Source: Eledone cirrhosa
Taxonomy: Eukaryota
Length of the DNA: 64,000 nucleotides
Reading direction: 5' to 3'
Assembly (NCBI GenBank): GCA_964016885.1
Contig: OZ024742.1
Span: 239,196,001-239,260,000, forward strand
Shown: piece by piece, positions 25,535 to 40,373 of the stretch
Position numbering within the stretch: position 1 is the stretch's first letter
Layout: each line of letters starts with the position of its first letter
Notes under the pieces: model-generated
Database searches by the model: none
What the model was told of the DNA's origin: nothing
The model's input: only the letters and a program-made list of their open reading frames with translations
Program-made: the position numbers and the translations under genes

Positions 25535-28500
25535 CACTCGTGTAGGACACCTCGGTTATTTTTCATTTTGTAAAAAAACCTCACTTTCTAATATATATTT
25601 ATATATGGTCCATTCATCTATCTGTATCATTTCGCCCAGAATCCAATCTTTGCTTTTTCAATGCTATTCGATAATTCTATCGTATTTTTCAAAACAATCT
25701 TCTTGTATTTTTTTTAATTTCCCATAATTCTTCTCTTATTACTGTTATGTATGCTTGTTAAATTATGTCCAAAATTCGAGGATTTTATTTAAACCTTAAC
25801 CTTCTCTGCTCCCTCCTATTCTTCACCCCCCCCCCCATATCATGCTGGTTCTCTCTCAATCCCTTCCTCTCTCTCCAAATATAAAATAAATCTTTTGCAA
25901 GTACGAAACTCAGAATTCGTCAACCCCTTTTCAGGCTAGGCTGCTCGCTCGGTGAAATGTAATGTACTAATTGTTATTTCTTCACTCTTCTGTCCATTTT
26001 TTATTCCCTGGTCCATTCATCTATCTGTATCATTTAGCCCAGAATCCAATCTTTGCTTTTTCAATGCTATTCGATAATTCTATCGTATTTTTCAAAACAA
26101 TCTTCTTGTAATTTTTTTAAATTCCCATAATTCTTCTCTTATTACTGTTATGTATGCTTGTTAAATTATGCCCAAAATTCGAGGATTTTATTTGAATCTT
26201 TTCGCTAACTACCCCATATCTCTCCCACCCGCCCCCACTCACCACCATTATTACGTGGGCCAATCATAAGTCAGCAGCCTATGCTATCACTTAAGTTTAG
26301 ACCTGGTTGCCTTTCGATATGATGGATGGACTACGGAATTCTGGAGAGTTTGAAAAGAAAAAATCTGGACACTCGGTGACAATGCCAAAGATAAAGACAA
26401 ATTCACCTCATGCTGCCGGATGCAAGGACTCCTCTTTATTTCGGCTGCATAACCCCCCCCCCCCCCCCCCCCCCTCCCCCGCGGCCCACCGTTCCCACCC
26501 TCCAAATGCAATCCAAAACTTCAGAGTTGGTACCATGAATGTAGGCACCTTAAAAGGTCGCTCTAACGAGGTTGTAGAAATGCTTGAACGTAAGGAGGTT
26601 GATGTTTGCTGTATTCAAGAGACCAGGTGGAGGGGTGGGTCTGCTAGATTCATTGTGGGTAAAGAACGATGCTATAAGCTTTTCTGGGTGGGAAATGACA
26701 ATGGGCTGGGTGGAGTAGGAATCATGTTAGCAGAAAAATGGGTGGATAAGATAATAGACGTAAATAGAGTGAACGACAGAATAATTAAAATAAGACTTGT
26801 CCTCAATAGAACTACTGTGACAATAATATCTGCATATGCACCACAATCCGGACTGCCTGGCATTATAAAAGACAGATTCTATGAGACGTTAATGCTCACT
26901 ACCTCCCAAATAACTGACAGTGACTACATAGTTATCGCTGGCGACCTAAATGGTCACGTTGGACGACATTGTGACGGTATGATGGAATCCATGGAGGCTA
27001 TGGGTTTGGTACTAGAAATGAGGAAGGCTCTTGAATCCTGGAATTCTGTGACGCAAATAACCTAACTATCTGTAACACTAACTTCAAAAAACGAGACAAT
27101 CACTTGATCACCTATAGATCAGAGGAACACACCAGCCAGGTAGATTATATCCTTACCAGAAGACGTGACAGAGTGTCTGTTTTAAACACTAAATCCCTCA
27201 CCCATGAAGAATGCACCTATCAACATAGACTCATAATTAGCAACCTCATAGTCAGGGCGAGACGTACTCGACAACAGAAGAGGACTATCCTCAGGAGAAA
27301 AATATGGAAGCTAAAGGATCCCACAGCCAGTAATAAATTTAAAAGCATATTATTTGATGCTTTTGATAGTAAGGAAGAGCAATTAGAGTCGTACAATATA
27401 GAGGAACAGTGGGAATACCTGAAAGCTAACCTGCTGAAGGTGACAGATGAAATCTGTGGCTGGAGCAGACCTATAGGAAGGAGGAGAGTAACTTGGTGGT
27501 GGAACAGTAAGGTGGAGGGGGTCAATCAAGGCCAAAAAGCAGGCTTGGAAAGCATGGCGGGATGGGGGGAGAAAACTATCAAGTGGCCAGGAGGGAAGCT
27601 AGGAGACAAGTGTACTTCGCAAGAAGGGAAGCAGAGGAAAGAAAGTTCAAGCATGTTCTACAACGCGAGGACCAAAAACGTGAGGTGTTCAGGATTGCTA
27701 GGCAATGTGTCAAGGAAAACCGTGATATTGTCGGGGAGAAGTGTGGACTTAATGATGATGGTGTACTTGCCATCACTGACGCTGATAAGAAGGTAGCGTG
27801 GAAGTGTCACTACGAAAGGCTACTAAATGAGCAGAATAATTGGGAGAAAGACAGTCTCCCCCACATCGATCCAATAGAGGGACCAGCAGTGCAAGTTGAA
27901 GGTAGTATAATAAGTAAGGCGATCAAAGACATGAAGACAGGCAAGGCGGCTGGGCCTTCGGAAATAGTTGCTGAAATGCTGAAAGCATCTGGAACAGTGG
28001 GACACACTATGGTCACCCGGATAGTAAACCAAGTCATACAGAATAGGGTCGTTCCGAAGGACTGGCGTAGCAGCATCATCATTAACTGCTACAAGGGTAA
28101 AGGAGATGTCCTAGATAGGGGAAACTATAGAGGCATTAAATTAATTGACCAGGTCATGAAGGTCACAGAAAAAGTTATAATGCTACTAATCAGAGAACAA
28201 ATTGATCTAGACGAAATGCAGTTCGGGTTTGTATCAGGTAAAAGTACAACAGACGCTCTTTTCATTGTATGACAACTACAGGAGAAGTACCTAGCTAAAA
28301 GTAAACCCCTATACTTAGCTTTTGTTGACTTGGAGAAAGCCTTTGACAGAGTACCCCGCTCCATTATCTGGTGGGCGCTTAGAAAACAAGCCATGTATAA
28401 AGAAACAGTCAGCAAGGTTAGAATTAACAACAAATATAGTGAAGAGTTTAGCATAAAAGTTGTTCATCAGGGCTCCGTCCTTAGCCCCTACTATTTATTA

Positions 28501-29892
28501 TTGCCCTTCAGGCTATAACAGAAGAGTTCAAGACCGGCTGCCCCTGAGAACTCCTATATGCAGATGATCTAACACTCAGCTGAATCAATGGCTGAACTAG
28601 AGAAGAAATTCCAAACATGGAAGCATGGCCTAGAATCAAAAGGCCTTAAAATTAACCTGTCTAAGACTAAAGTTCTAGTTTGTAGGAAGGAAAATAGGGC
28701 ACTGGTCCCATCTGGGAAATGGCCATGCTCAGTGTGTAGGAAAGGAGTAGGCAGAAACTCCATTTTATGTGTCAAATGCAAAGTATGGGTACATAAAAGA
28801 TGTAGTGGGATCACAGGTAAGCTAACTAAGAATATAGATTTTATATGTGGCCGTTGCTCAGGTGCAATAAGTAGCAGCAAGTGCCCACAGAATACTAGCT
28901 CATTCCATTGCACAGATGGTTCTATAGAAATAGTGGACACCTTCCGTGACCTGGGTGACAAAATCAGCAGTAGTGGAGGGTGCTCTGAAAGTACAGTAGC
29001 TAGAGTCAGAACGGGATGGATAAAGTTCAGAGAGCTTATACCACTATTGGCCACTAAAGGGTTCTCTCTATAAATGAAAGGCAGGCTGTATGATGCCTGC
29101 ATACGAACAGCAATGTTACATGGTAGTGAGACTTGGGCATTGTGTGCAGAGGATATACGCAGACTGGAGAGGAACGAAGCTTGCATGCTCCGTTGGATGT
29201 GTAATAGTAATATACGTGAACGGCAAAGCATAAATGAACTAAGGGAGAAATTAAGAATAAGAGGAATCAGATGTTGTTTACTCGAGAGAAGACTACGTTG
29301 GTATGGTCACGTGATGCGCATGAAAGACGACAGCTGTATAAAAAAGTGCAGGGCGATAAAAATAGACGGTAGCCACGGAGTAGGTAGACCCAGAAAAACC
29401 TGGGACGACTTGATAAATTCCGATCTCACACACTTACACCTCTCCAAGACAATGTCACTGGACCAAGATCTTTGGCGCTACACAGTAATACAGAAGACCT
29501 GCCTTGCCTAAGTACAAAGCGAAACCTACAGTCAGTAGGCACCTCTAACAAAAATACACCCCCGTCCCACTACCCCCACCCCACCCACACCACCGCTTTC
29601 GATGTAAAGTTATGTTGGTATCACAACATCCAGTCCGAAATAAATGAGGCCGTGTAGGTGTCAAGACAAAAAAAACACACAACCACGCTGTAATGTGGCC
29701 ATGTAGGTAACACGGTAAAAACCTCCCAGTCCACACTGTAAACGTGGTTGGTGTTAGGAAGGGCATCCAGCCGTAGAAAACCCGCCAGACAGTCCTATAC
29801 GAGCAAGACAACCAATCTTGCCTCAAGTGGGAAAATTCCCGTCCAAACCCATGCAAGCGTGGAAGATGGACGTTAAACGAGGATGATGATGA
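25535..29892 (+). mobile_element. RTE family A, full length, degenerate
   Basis: ORFs 26307-27065, 27104-27796, 27562-28272, 28588-29073, 29074-29511; 3' UTR; (GAT)n tail. Confidence 0.95.
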
Positions 29893-30000
29893 TATATATT
29901 TATATATTACATATATATATATTATAACGGAGCAAAGGACTTGCGTATAATCCTGTAATTAAATGAGCTCAAAAGAAAAAGTTTTCCTGGGCACTTTAAA

Positions 30001-30240
30001 ATACAATATATAGAGGGGAAAGACACAGAAGAATGTGTTTCGTGAAGAGAATATAAGCTAATAGAGGCATAGGAAGTGAGTTTGTACATGTGTGAGGTTG
30101 GTTTCTCATTTTAATTTATACTTTTAATTTTAATGTTTTTCCTATGACTCTAGTAGCTTATATTCTCTTCACACTGGTGGTTTGAAATTCCTGTAAAGAA
30201 AAACACACTCTTCTGTGTCTTTCCCTTCTATATATTGTAT
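30001..30240. repeat. Imperfect inverted repeat (30001-30075 / 30139-30240)
   Basis: atacaatatatagaggggaaagacacagaaga pairs with tcttctgtgtctttcccttctatatattgtat; about 30-nt indel in one arm. Confidence 0.8.
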
Positions 30241-30495
30241 ATATTACATATATATATATATATATTACATATACAATTAAGTTAAAAATGTACATCCACA
30301 TATGTATACTGAAATACTAGTATGCATATGAATACACACACGTATACATATGTAGATGTACCGAGTTTTTCACTGGTCACTTTACTGTGAGTGTCCAGCT
30401 ATTCTGTATGTAAACACACAGACAAACCGGTTTTTAGAGTCATACTGGTTTTTGAGGAAACACCTTTCCTCTATTCTCCAGAAAGCCAGACAAGG

Positions 30496-30540
30496 AATAT
30501 TGAACTAGTTTCGATGTTGTTACATCTCATCAGCAATATT
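30496..30540 (-). ncRNA. Hammerhead ribozyme
   Basis: aatattg CTGATGA gatg-taacaa-catc GAAA ctag TT caatatt. Confidence 0.9.
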
Positions 30541-30918
30541 TACCTATCTTCCGGCCTCTCTAGAGAATCGTAAAAGCACATATCGTTATATGCTTTTTCT
30601 ATGAAAATTAGTAGTGGGCAGACTAATTTGCATAGAGCGTGAGTACGTACCGGTTCAACGGAGACGATAAAAACAAATAACGAAACGAAATTAAATTTCG
30701 TTTCGTTTGTAACTCACTTTTGTATAACTGACGCTTAAACAATTAAGTTAAAAATGTACATCCACATATGTATACTGAAATACTAGTATGCATATGAATA
30801 CACACACGTATACATATGTAGATGTATGCAAATTAGTCTGCCCACTACTAATTTTCATAGAAAAAGCATATAACGATATGTGCTTTTACGATTCTCTAGA
30901 GAGGCCGGAAGATAGGTA

Positions 30919-30963
30919 AATATTGCTGATGAGATGTAACAACATCGAAACTAGTTCAATATT
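30919..30963 (+). ncRNA. Hammerhead ribozyme
   Basis: Identical motif; 7-bp helix I, 4-bp helix II, palindromic ACTAGT helix III. Confidence 0.9.
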
Positions 30964-31260
30964 CCTTGTCTGGCTTTCTGGAGAATAGAAGAAAGGTGTT
31001 TCCTCAAAAACCAGTATGACTCTAAAAACCGGTTTGTCTGTGTGTTTACATACAGAATAGCTGGACACTCACAGTAAAGTGACCAGTGAAAAACTCGGTA
31101 CATCTACATATGTATACGTGTGTGTATTCATATGCATACTAGTATTTCAGTATACATATGTGGATGTACATTTTTAACTTAATTGTTTAAGCGTCAGTCA
31201 TACAAAAGTGAGTTACAAACGAAACGAAATTTAATTTCGTTTCGTTATTTGTTTTTATAT

Positions 31261-31299
<39 letters not shown>

Positions 31300-31440
31300 C
31301 ATATATATATATATATATTACATATATATATATATATATATATATTACATATATATTACATAACGAAGGAAATGTGGTAAGGAACCAGGTGGACCATAAC
31401 GCACCAAAGTACTCAATACTTAGGGTAGTAGAGTGGGTAA

Positions 31441-31556
31441 TAGGAATGAATAGGACCCCGACGGCTGAGCTCAAGCCGTTTCGACGGCTAATTCTGGGTC
31501 CAGAATTAGCCGTCGAAACGGCTTGAGCTCAGCCGTCGGGGTCCTACTCGTTCCTA
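31441..31556. repeat. GC-rich near-perfect hairpin carrying the 3' half of a hammerhead
   Basis: About 57-bp arms centred at 31498; gtc GAAA cggct-tgagctc-agccg TC gggg. Confidence 0.9.
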
Positions 31557-31657
31557 TATATTACATATATATATATATATATGATAATAAGGGCGCTGCG
31601 GAGTTGCATATATATATATATATATATATATATGATAATAAGGGCGCTGCGGAGTTG

Positions 31658-31759
<102 letters not shown>

Positions 31760-31760
31760 C

Positions 31761-32376
31761 ATCATCATCATCATCATCATCGTTTAACGTCCGTCTTCCA
31801 CGCTTGCATGGGTTTGGATGGGAGTTTTCCCACTTGAGGCAAGAGTGATTGTCTTCCTCGCGTAGGACTATCTGGCGGGTTTTCTACAGCTGGATGCCCT
31901 TCCTAACACCAAGCACATTTACAGTGTGGGGCTGGGAGGTTTTTACCGTGTTGCCTACACGGCCACATTACAGCGTGGACTGTGTGTTTTTTGTCATGAC
32001 ACCTACACGATCTCATTTGTTTCGGCCTGGATGTTGTGGCACCAACATAACTTTACATTGAAAGGGGCGGTGTGGATGGGGTGGGGGTAGTGGGACGGGG
32101 GTGTATTTTGTTAGAGATGCCTACTGGCTGTAGTAGGTTTTACTTTGTATTTAGGAAAGGCGGGTCTTCTCTATTACTGAGTACTGCCAAAGGTCTCGGT
32201 CCAGTGACATTGTCTTGGAGAGGTGTAAGTGTGTGAGGTCGGAATTTATCAGCTCGTCCCAGGTTTTTCTGGGTCTGCCTACTCCGTGGCTACCGTCTAT
32301 CTTTATTGCCCTGCACTTTGTTATACAGCTGTCGTCTTTCATGCGCATCACGTGACCATACCAACGTAGCCTTCTC
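31761..32376 (-). mobile_element. RTE family A 3' fragment
   Basis: ORF 32151-32351 plus 3' UTR and tail. Confidence 0.92.
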
Positions 32377-32429
32377 TCTCTCTCTCTCTATATATATATA
32401 TACATATGTATATATATATATTTATCCAT

Positions 32430-34274
32430 CTAATCTCACTTCACAGCCGAATTGTCGATTTGAGAATGTAAGCAAACCACTTTTGTCTGTCATTTCATTT
32501 TTTGTAGTCCATTTGACCAGTGTCATTTAATCTGCCATTTATGTCTGTTTAGAATCTAATCACTCTTTTTCTCTCGGAATTTCAATTACTATTTCACATG
32601 CTTTTAATAATATGCCTCATTCTGTTGGACCCTTAAAACTAACCTTACCCTAAAGTTACCCATTTCCTGCCCCTCCCCACACCTGCACACCACCATTGCT
32701 ATTTGGTCCAATCATAACTCACTGGTTTATAGTAAGTTCTCTTACCAATCTGTATAGCAAAGCCACCACCTCGGTTATTACTCCTTAAGTTTAGACCTGG
32801 TTGTTTTTCGGTTTGTTAAGTGGACTGTGGAATTTGGAAAGTCTGAACACTCAATGACAATGTCACAGATAAAGATAAATTCACCTCCCGCTGCAAGACG
32901 AGAATGCAAGGACCCCTCTTTATTTCAGACATGGATGACCAACATAATTCCATCTCCCACACCGCTCCCTGCCCCTCCAACCCATCAATTCCACTCAGCC
33001 ATCTTTAGAGTTGGTACCATGAACGTAGGCACATTGAAAGGTCATTCAAATGAGGTTGTAGAGATGATTGAACGTAATGAAGTTGATGTTTGTTGTGTTC
33101 AAGAGACTAGGTGGAGAGGTGGGTCTGCTAGATTCATTGTGGGTAAAAAACGATGCTATAAACTTTTCTGGGTGAAGTAGGAATTATGCTAGCTGAAAAA
33201 TGGGTAGATAAGGTAATTGCCATAAATAGAGTGAATGACAGAATAATTAAAATAAGACTAGTTCTAAATAGAACTACTGTGACAATAATATCCGCTTATG
33301 CACCCCAATCTGGTCTACCTGACGTAATAAAAGACAAGTTCTATGAGTTGCTAATGTACACTACCTCCCAAATAACCGATAGAGACTACTTAATGATTGC
33401 TGGCAACCTAAATGGTTACATTGTGATGGCTATGATGGAATCCATGGAGGCTATGGTTTGGTACTAGAAATGAGGAAGGCTTCAGAATCCTCTGACGCTA
33501 ATAACCTAACTATCTGTAACACAAACTTCAAAAAACGAGACAGTCACTTGATCACCTGTAGATCAGGGGAACACACCAGCCAGATAGATTATAACCTTAC
33601 TAGAAGACGTGACAAAGTGCTGTTGTAAACACTAAGTCACTCCCCCATGAAGAATTCACCTCCCAACATAGCCTAGTAGTTAGTGACCTCACAGTCAGGA
33701 ATAGACGTACTCGACAACAGAGGAGGACTACCTTGAGAAGAATACGGAAGTTGAAAGACCCCCACAGCCAGTGATAAATTTAAAAGTTTATTACTTCATG
33801 ATTTTGACAGTAAGGAAGAGCAATTAGAGATGCACAATATAGCGGAACAGTAGGAATTTATGAAAGTTAACCTGCTGAAGGTGACAGATGAAATCTGTGG
33901 CTGGAGTAGACCTATAGGCAGGAGGAGAGTAACTTGGTGGTGGAACAGTAAGGTGGAGGAGTCAATCAAGGCCAAAAAGCAGGCTTGGAAAGCATGGCAG
34001 GATGGGGGAAGTAGAGAACACTATCAAGTGGCCAGGAGGGAAGCTAGGAGACAAGTGTACTTTGCAAGAAGGGAAGTAGAAGAAAGAAAATTCAAGCATG
34101 TTCTACAATGTGAGGACCAACAATGTGAGGTGTTCCGGATTGCAAGACAGTGTGTCAAGGAAAACTGATGTTGTCGGGGAGAAGTGTGTCCGTAATGATG
34201 ATGGTGTACTTGCCCTCACTGATACTAACAAGGTAGCTTGGAAGTGTCACTACGAGAGACTACTAAATGAGGAC
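32430..34274 (+). mobile_element. RTE family A 5' part, degenerate, ends in (TA)n
   Basis: FRVGTMNVGT, CCVQETRWRG, SAYAPQ, VTWWWN. Confidence 0.9.
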
Positions 34275-35345
<1,071 letters not shown>

Positions 35346-35768
35346 AAGTTATATTTAAAATTGTTGGGTTACAACTATAAATAAATAAATAAATAAATGC
35401 ATCATTGATACACTTACTCAAAATGACCTCCCACTACCTAATTTTTCTATATCTATATTTATATATGTATCTATCTCTACTTCCTCTCTCTCTCTCTCTA
35501 TATATATATATCTTTCTGTCTCTTTACATGAAGCTCTTCGCTTTATCTATTTTTCCATCTCTCTATTTTGTCCCATGCATTTCTTCTTTTTCTTTTTCTT
35601 CTTTTTCTTCCTTTTCTTCATTTTGTCTTTCTTTCTTTCCTATTTCCCTCTTTTCTCTCTCTCTTTCTTTCTCTCTGTATTTTCACTGCTAGAGTGAACC
35701 TCTTCAAATGAAGTTGATGTTTATTACGGTATGTCGAATATATTTATCTATAAAACTGTTTATATTGT

Positions 35769-35832
35769 ATTTTGTCTGATGAAGGCATAGCATATTGTTA
35801 ATATGATATCCCCGAAATATATATAATGAAAT
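35769..35832 (+). ncRNA. Hammerhead ribozyme
   Basis: attttgt CTGATGA aggcatagcatatt-gtt-aatatgatatcccc GAAA tatata TA atgaaat, then AATAAA. Confidence 0.7.
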
Positions 35833-35917
35833 AAATATGGTTTTATAAATATAGTTTTCCATTTATTTAATATTGTATATATATATATATATATATTTTA
35901 TATATATATATATATAT

Positions 35918-35967
<50 letters not shown>

Positions 35968-35984
35968 ATATATTACATAGTATT

Positions 35985-38790
35985 AAGGGTACTATTTATG
36001 GTTATGTGTGCAATAAAACCTTTGATGGTAATATATTATATATACACAAACCCTAAATAGTGAGAGATAGTCATTAATTACTATCCTATTACCAGTAAGA
36101 TAAATAGCTCAATGTAATAACATCAGTTGTTTTACAGAGCAGTTATATAGAGATTACAGTAATCAAAGTTCAGTTTAAGTCATTTATTTGCTTACAATTG
36201 TTTCCTCCAAACCGAGGTTTGGATTCTTTGGAGCAACTATTTATAACATACTTGACCTCCTTTTCAACCCAAGAGACACATAAAACATATGCGCATATTG
36301 ATCAACAGTGGGGTGACATTCATCAAATGATATAGCATGGCAATTTACATATAAAGGTTACAGGATAAAAATAAAATAAAATAAAAACAAGAGTGAAAAT
36401 AAGAGTGAAAATAAAGATAAACATGAAGCGTTGGCAGTCTATGAAGATAAAGCAAGAGGAAAGCTTAGAGTAGTCAGTGTATGAAACAATCTCCCGTGTA
36501 GCATGCACGCGTGCCTTATCTATACATGATTAGAGTGCGTCAGAATGATATTTGCAGGGTCAGGCAGTTGAAGCAGGCAATCGATCTTATTATATAGGCT
36601 GAATTATTAAGTCATTTATTCTCATACATCTGTATGATATACAGTCTCGGATGCGGGGAAACACCAAAATATCAAAAACCTTCAACATACTATAAACCTT
36701 ATTGTATCGTAGGCAAGGTCGTACCACTGTCCTTGCTCACACCACCACTCACATAATCCATGAGACGCAATATATATATAGAGAACACGCGTCTATCGTA
36801 TAATTCGCAGTGGTTCAGCATATAGTCAAGCTATAAACCGTATCCAGTCGGTTCTTAATTAATATATCATGCTGTCCAGATTCCGGAAGTGCCTGAATGA
36901 CTAAGGGGAATTAATGCGTAAGGGGAGGTAACTAGCTAGTTATCTTAGTTACATTACTATGCTAAACTACATTAATGGTGATTCAAATATGTGCCTATCA
37001 TGTGAGGTTATAACTAATATCTAGAGTATGTTACCCATTTATAGGTTAGAGAGTTGTCCATTAAGAAGTACAAGGGTGTATATATTAGGATGATTACCAT
37101 CCATTAATTAAGGGGTGTCATATCTGAACGTTCTATAAGAGGAGTCAGACTCTCAAGTCACTGCTCCATGCAAATGTAATATAACAGTAGGACCTGGTAT
37201 GGTCCCACTATTATATATGCCACCCGGTAGGCTCCGGGTCATTGCTTGCCTGCATCACCAGTAAATCTTTGGTATGGTCCGGAGATCCAATCTCTCATAT
37301 AAATGCATTAGTCTGGCCATCAAGCAATAGACAACCCCCGTCTCAAATATAAATCAATTATGTATCACATCTCCAAGCTAGAGTGGAGTCTATTAATAGG
37401 TATTAAAGGAGTCCACATCAAGATGATTACGTGCATAATTCAATCAACTGATCGCTTACAGTATATAATCACTTAACAATACGATTATCTATCTAATCAT
37501 CAATCTATCTCTTGGTGGTAATCCATGCACAGGACTATGCTATCGCAACCAGTACCGTGTCCCCAATTTATACTAATCTTATATTTGTGCAATGCAGAAT
37601 AAGTAGTCCACGATCGAGATATCAGTATTAGAGGTACAAGGGGGTATTCCCAGGGTAGGTGGTACTAAAATGCTGTCAGTATTATCTTTAGAGTATAGAG
37701 ATGGGTGTGGATGTGAGGTGTAAGGTGTGCTACTGATGTTAATTGCTAGGGGTGGTGCCGGTTCCAGTCTGACATTATTATATATAGGGTTTAAAGTTTT
37801 GGAACGAGTGTCGGAAGCGGTGTTGGCAATTTGCGAACACTTCTGATTTTTTATTAAGGAGATTATGTTTAGAGAAGATGATAGTATGGGTCTCTAGTAG
37901 ACAGAGGTTACAAAATTTATTAGGTGGTTTGTACGATGTTGCACTACCTACCACTTCCCATTTAAGTGTATATATTTTATTTTTAGTTTTTAGATAGTGT
38001 ATGTAGCTAGATAGTGAAGTGGAGTTGGCTAGACTGTTTTTTGAAAGAGTGGAGGTGCGAATTGTATCTAGTTTTGAAGCAGTTAGAAGTGGAGCCTATG
38101 TAGGTTTCAGAAGAGCCGTTAGTTGTGACTGTACATGAGTATATGATATCCTTGGTTAAGCATTTTTTATCTAAAGGGCAGGTTCTACTTGATCTACAGT
38201 TACAATTACTCTGGGTGCTAGTCTGCCGGTTACTATGCTGTGTAGAAGTTTGGAGGTTAGCTATAGGGTTATGGTTATGCGGGTTGTGGTACGCAGCGTT
38301 AATGTTTACACTAGTGCTATTACTACTATTTCCATTGATATTACGGTTATTTGTTATAATGTTACTTTGACTGTTATTTTGAAGGTTTATCGACCGTTGT
38401 GATTTAGTTTGTTGGAAGTAAGAATTAATTTTTCTTTTATTTGTACTGCACACACACACTAATAGGGATTGTAACAACAAGAGTAACCCGCACCACAGAA
38501 ATGACCATAGGAACATTAAAGGAAACAAATCACCAGACATAAAAAACAGAAATAGAAGAAGAAATAATACATTTTTCAACCCTCCTTTCAATTTAAACGT
38601 CTCTACCAACCTTCCTAGGGCTTTCTTCTCACTACTAGATAAACACTTCCCATCCGGCCACAGGTACCACGGCCTTTTAAACAAAAACACTATTAAGATC
38701 TCGTACTCTACTACGCCTAACTTAGCATACCACATAGCTAGTACAAATAAAAGAAAAATGTTATTATCAACTGTCATTTCATCAGAATAA
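35985..38790 (-). mobile_element. Penelope-like element: GIY-YIG (about 37810-38447), long 3' region, 5' inversion
   Basis: CNCRSSRTCPLDKKCL..DIIY..ETYIGST..FKTRYNSHLHSF..CNLC..SEVFANCQH on minus. The upstream linker (FFNPPF..KHFP..KISYSTTPNL) lies inverted on plus at about 38520-38760. Confidence 0.85.
36188..36236 (-). ncRNA. Degenerate hammerhead downstream of the Penelope ORF
   Basis: ttgct CCAAAGA a tccaaacc-tc-ggtttgga g GAAA caattg TA agcaa, then ATAAA. Confidence 0.6.
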
Positions 38791-39297
38791 TTTTACTGAG
38801 GACCTGTTTGGTTTTTAGAGAGAATATTAGGAGGGAGGGGTGAAGTTGTTAGAAGAATAGTTGAGGGAGTGGTTTTTTGATAGCAGTGAGAATTTTTGGT
38901 AGCAGTGAGTAATTAGATTCCCATCTGTTGTTTTGACATTTTTATAGAATATATTATTGGTTATTTTTCTAAATCTATAGAAGGATTAGAGATAGTATAG
39001 ATATGCATGGTTGGTTTTGTGTTTGCACTTAATTAACATTCAGACTTAAATTTTTCTTTCAAATGTACATATCCTTTCGCCCACGCATTCACACACAAAC
39101 ATATATGCACACCTCTACAAAATACATATACTCACATACACATACTTACATGCTCATACTTACATACATATACACATGCACATATATATATATACATATA
39201 TACATGTACATACGCATTCATGTGTATACATTTTCATATTCAACTTATCTTTATATACACACGTATAGACACACATATATACATACATACTCCAGTC

Positions 39298-39339
<42 letters not shown>

Positions 39340-39342
<3 letters not shown>

Positions 39343-39662
39343 TAAGGCAACCACGTCACCTTTTTGTTCAACACTGACACAGGAACGATGTACTAGTTTC
39401 AAGCTTGTTAGCTATCATCAGCACCGTTTACCCATCTGCCAGATAGTTGAACGTTCGAAAGTATATACTTTCCTTATGAAAATTAACGGCTGAGCAGCCT
39501 AATTTGCATATTGAGTGAGTTAAATCGGTCAGGCATACCGAAAACGATAAGTTGAAAAAAATGAAAACGAAATTTCATTTCTCACTCTTAGTATGGCACT
39601 TACTTAAATGTAAGTATGTATGTATACGTACATACATATATGTATACAGACGTACAGTAGCA

Positions 39663-39670
<8 letters not shown>
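39340..39670 (-). mobile_element. Hammerhead unit related to the 30.3-kb family
   Basis: Shares tatgaaaatta..cag.ctaatttgcata and tttacc.atct.cc blocks with 30540-30700. Confidence 0.7.
39384..39428 (-). ncRNA. Hammerhead ribozyme
   Basis: aacggtg CTGATGA tagc-taacaa-gctt GAAA ctag TA catcgtt. Confidence 0.8.
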
Positions 39671-39731
<61 letters not shown>

Positions 39732-40331
39732 GCATACAGGTACACATACATATATGCACGCATCAGTTTAGCCGACGTTATATATATATATATAACGACG
39801 TTATATATATATATAAACACTTTAATACATGTATACACTTACATCTAACTATACTCATCAAACATATATATATATTTACTTATTTATATACATTTTCACA
39901 TATATATACATACATATGGTCACTTTTAGACACATTCATTATAGCATATTCGCACCTATTCTCATCAGCATATCTTTCCATTATTAGTGTGGTAATTTAA
40001 GGTTATTAATATACATATATATGTTGAGAAGAGATTGTTTTTATATTTTTCTAACTAGATTGAGGTTTATATAGTTGGGGGGATGTCCCTCTTTTATGTA
40101 ATATAGCGCGCCATACTGTGTGTAATATTTATATTACAACACTACGGAAAATACTGTATATATATATTATATATATATTATATATCATCATCATCATCAT
40201 CAACGTTTAACGTCCGTGTTCCATGCTTGCATATATATATATATATATTATATATATTATATATATATATGTATTATATATATATATGTATTATATATAT
40301 ATTATATATATATATATATATATATTATATT

Positions 40332-40372
<41 letters not shown>

Positions 40373-40373
<1 letters not shown>

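Larger units (their letters stand above)
30273..31258. mobile_element. 466-bp hammerhead unit: 1.2 tandem copies plus an inverted copy
   Basis: 30273-30738 is the unit; 30739-30826 repeats its start; 30825-31258 is the reverse complement, with nearly identical arms. Confidence 0.9.

Noticed and set aside
38007-38777. 256-aa ORF with a hydrophobic N-terminus
   Set aside because: Chimera of the antisense strand of the inverted Penelope linker and the GIY-YIG.
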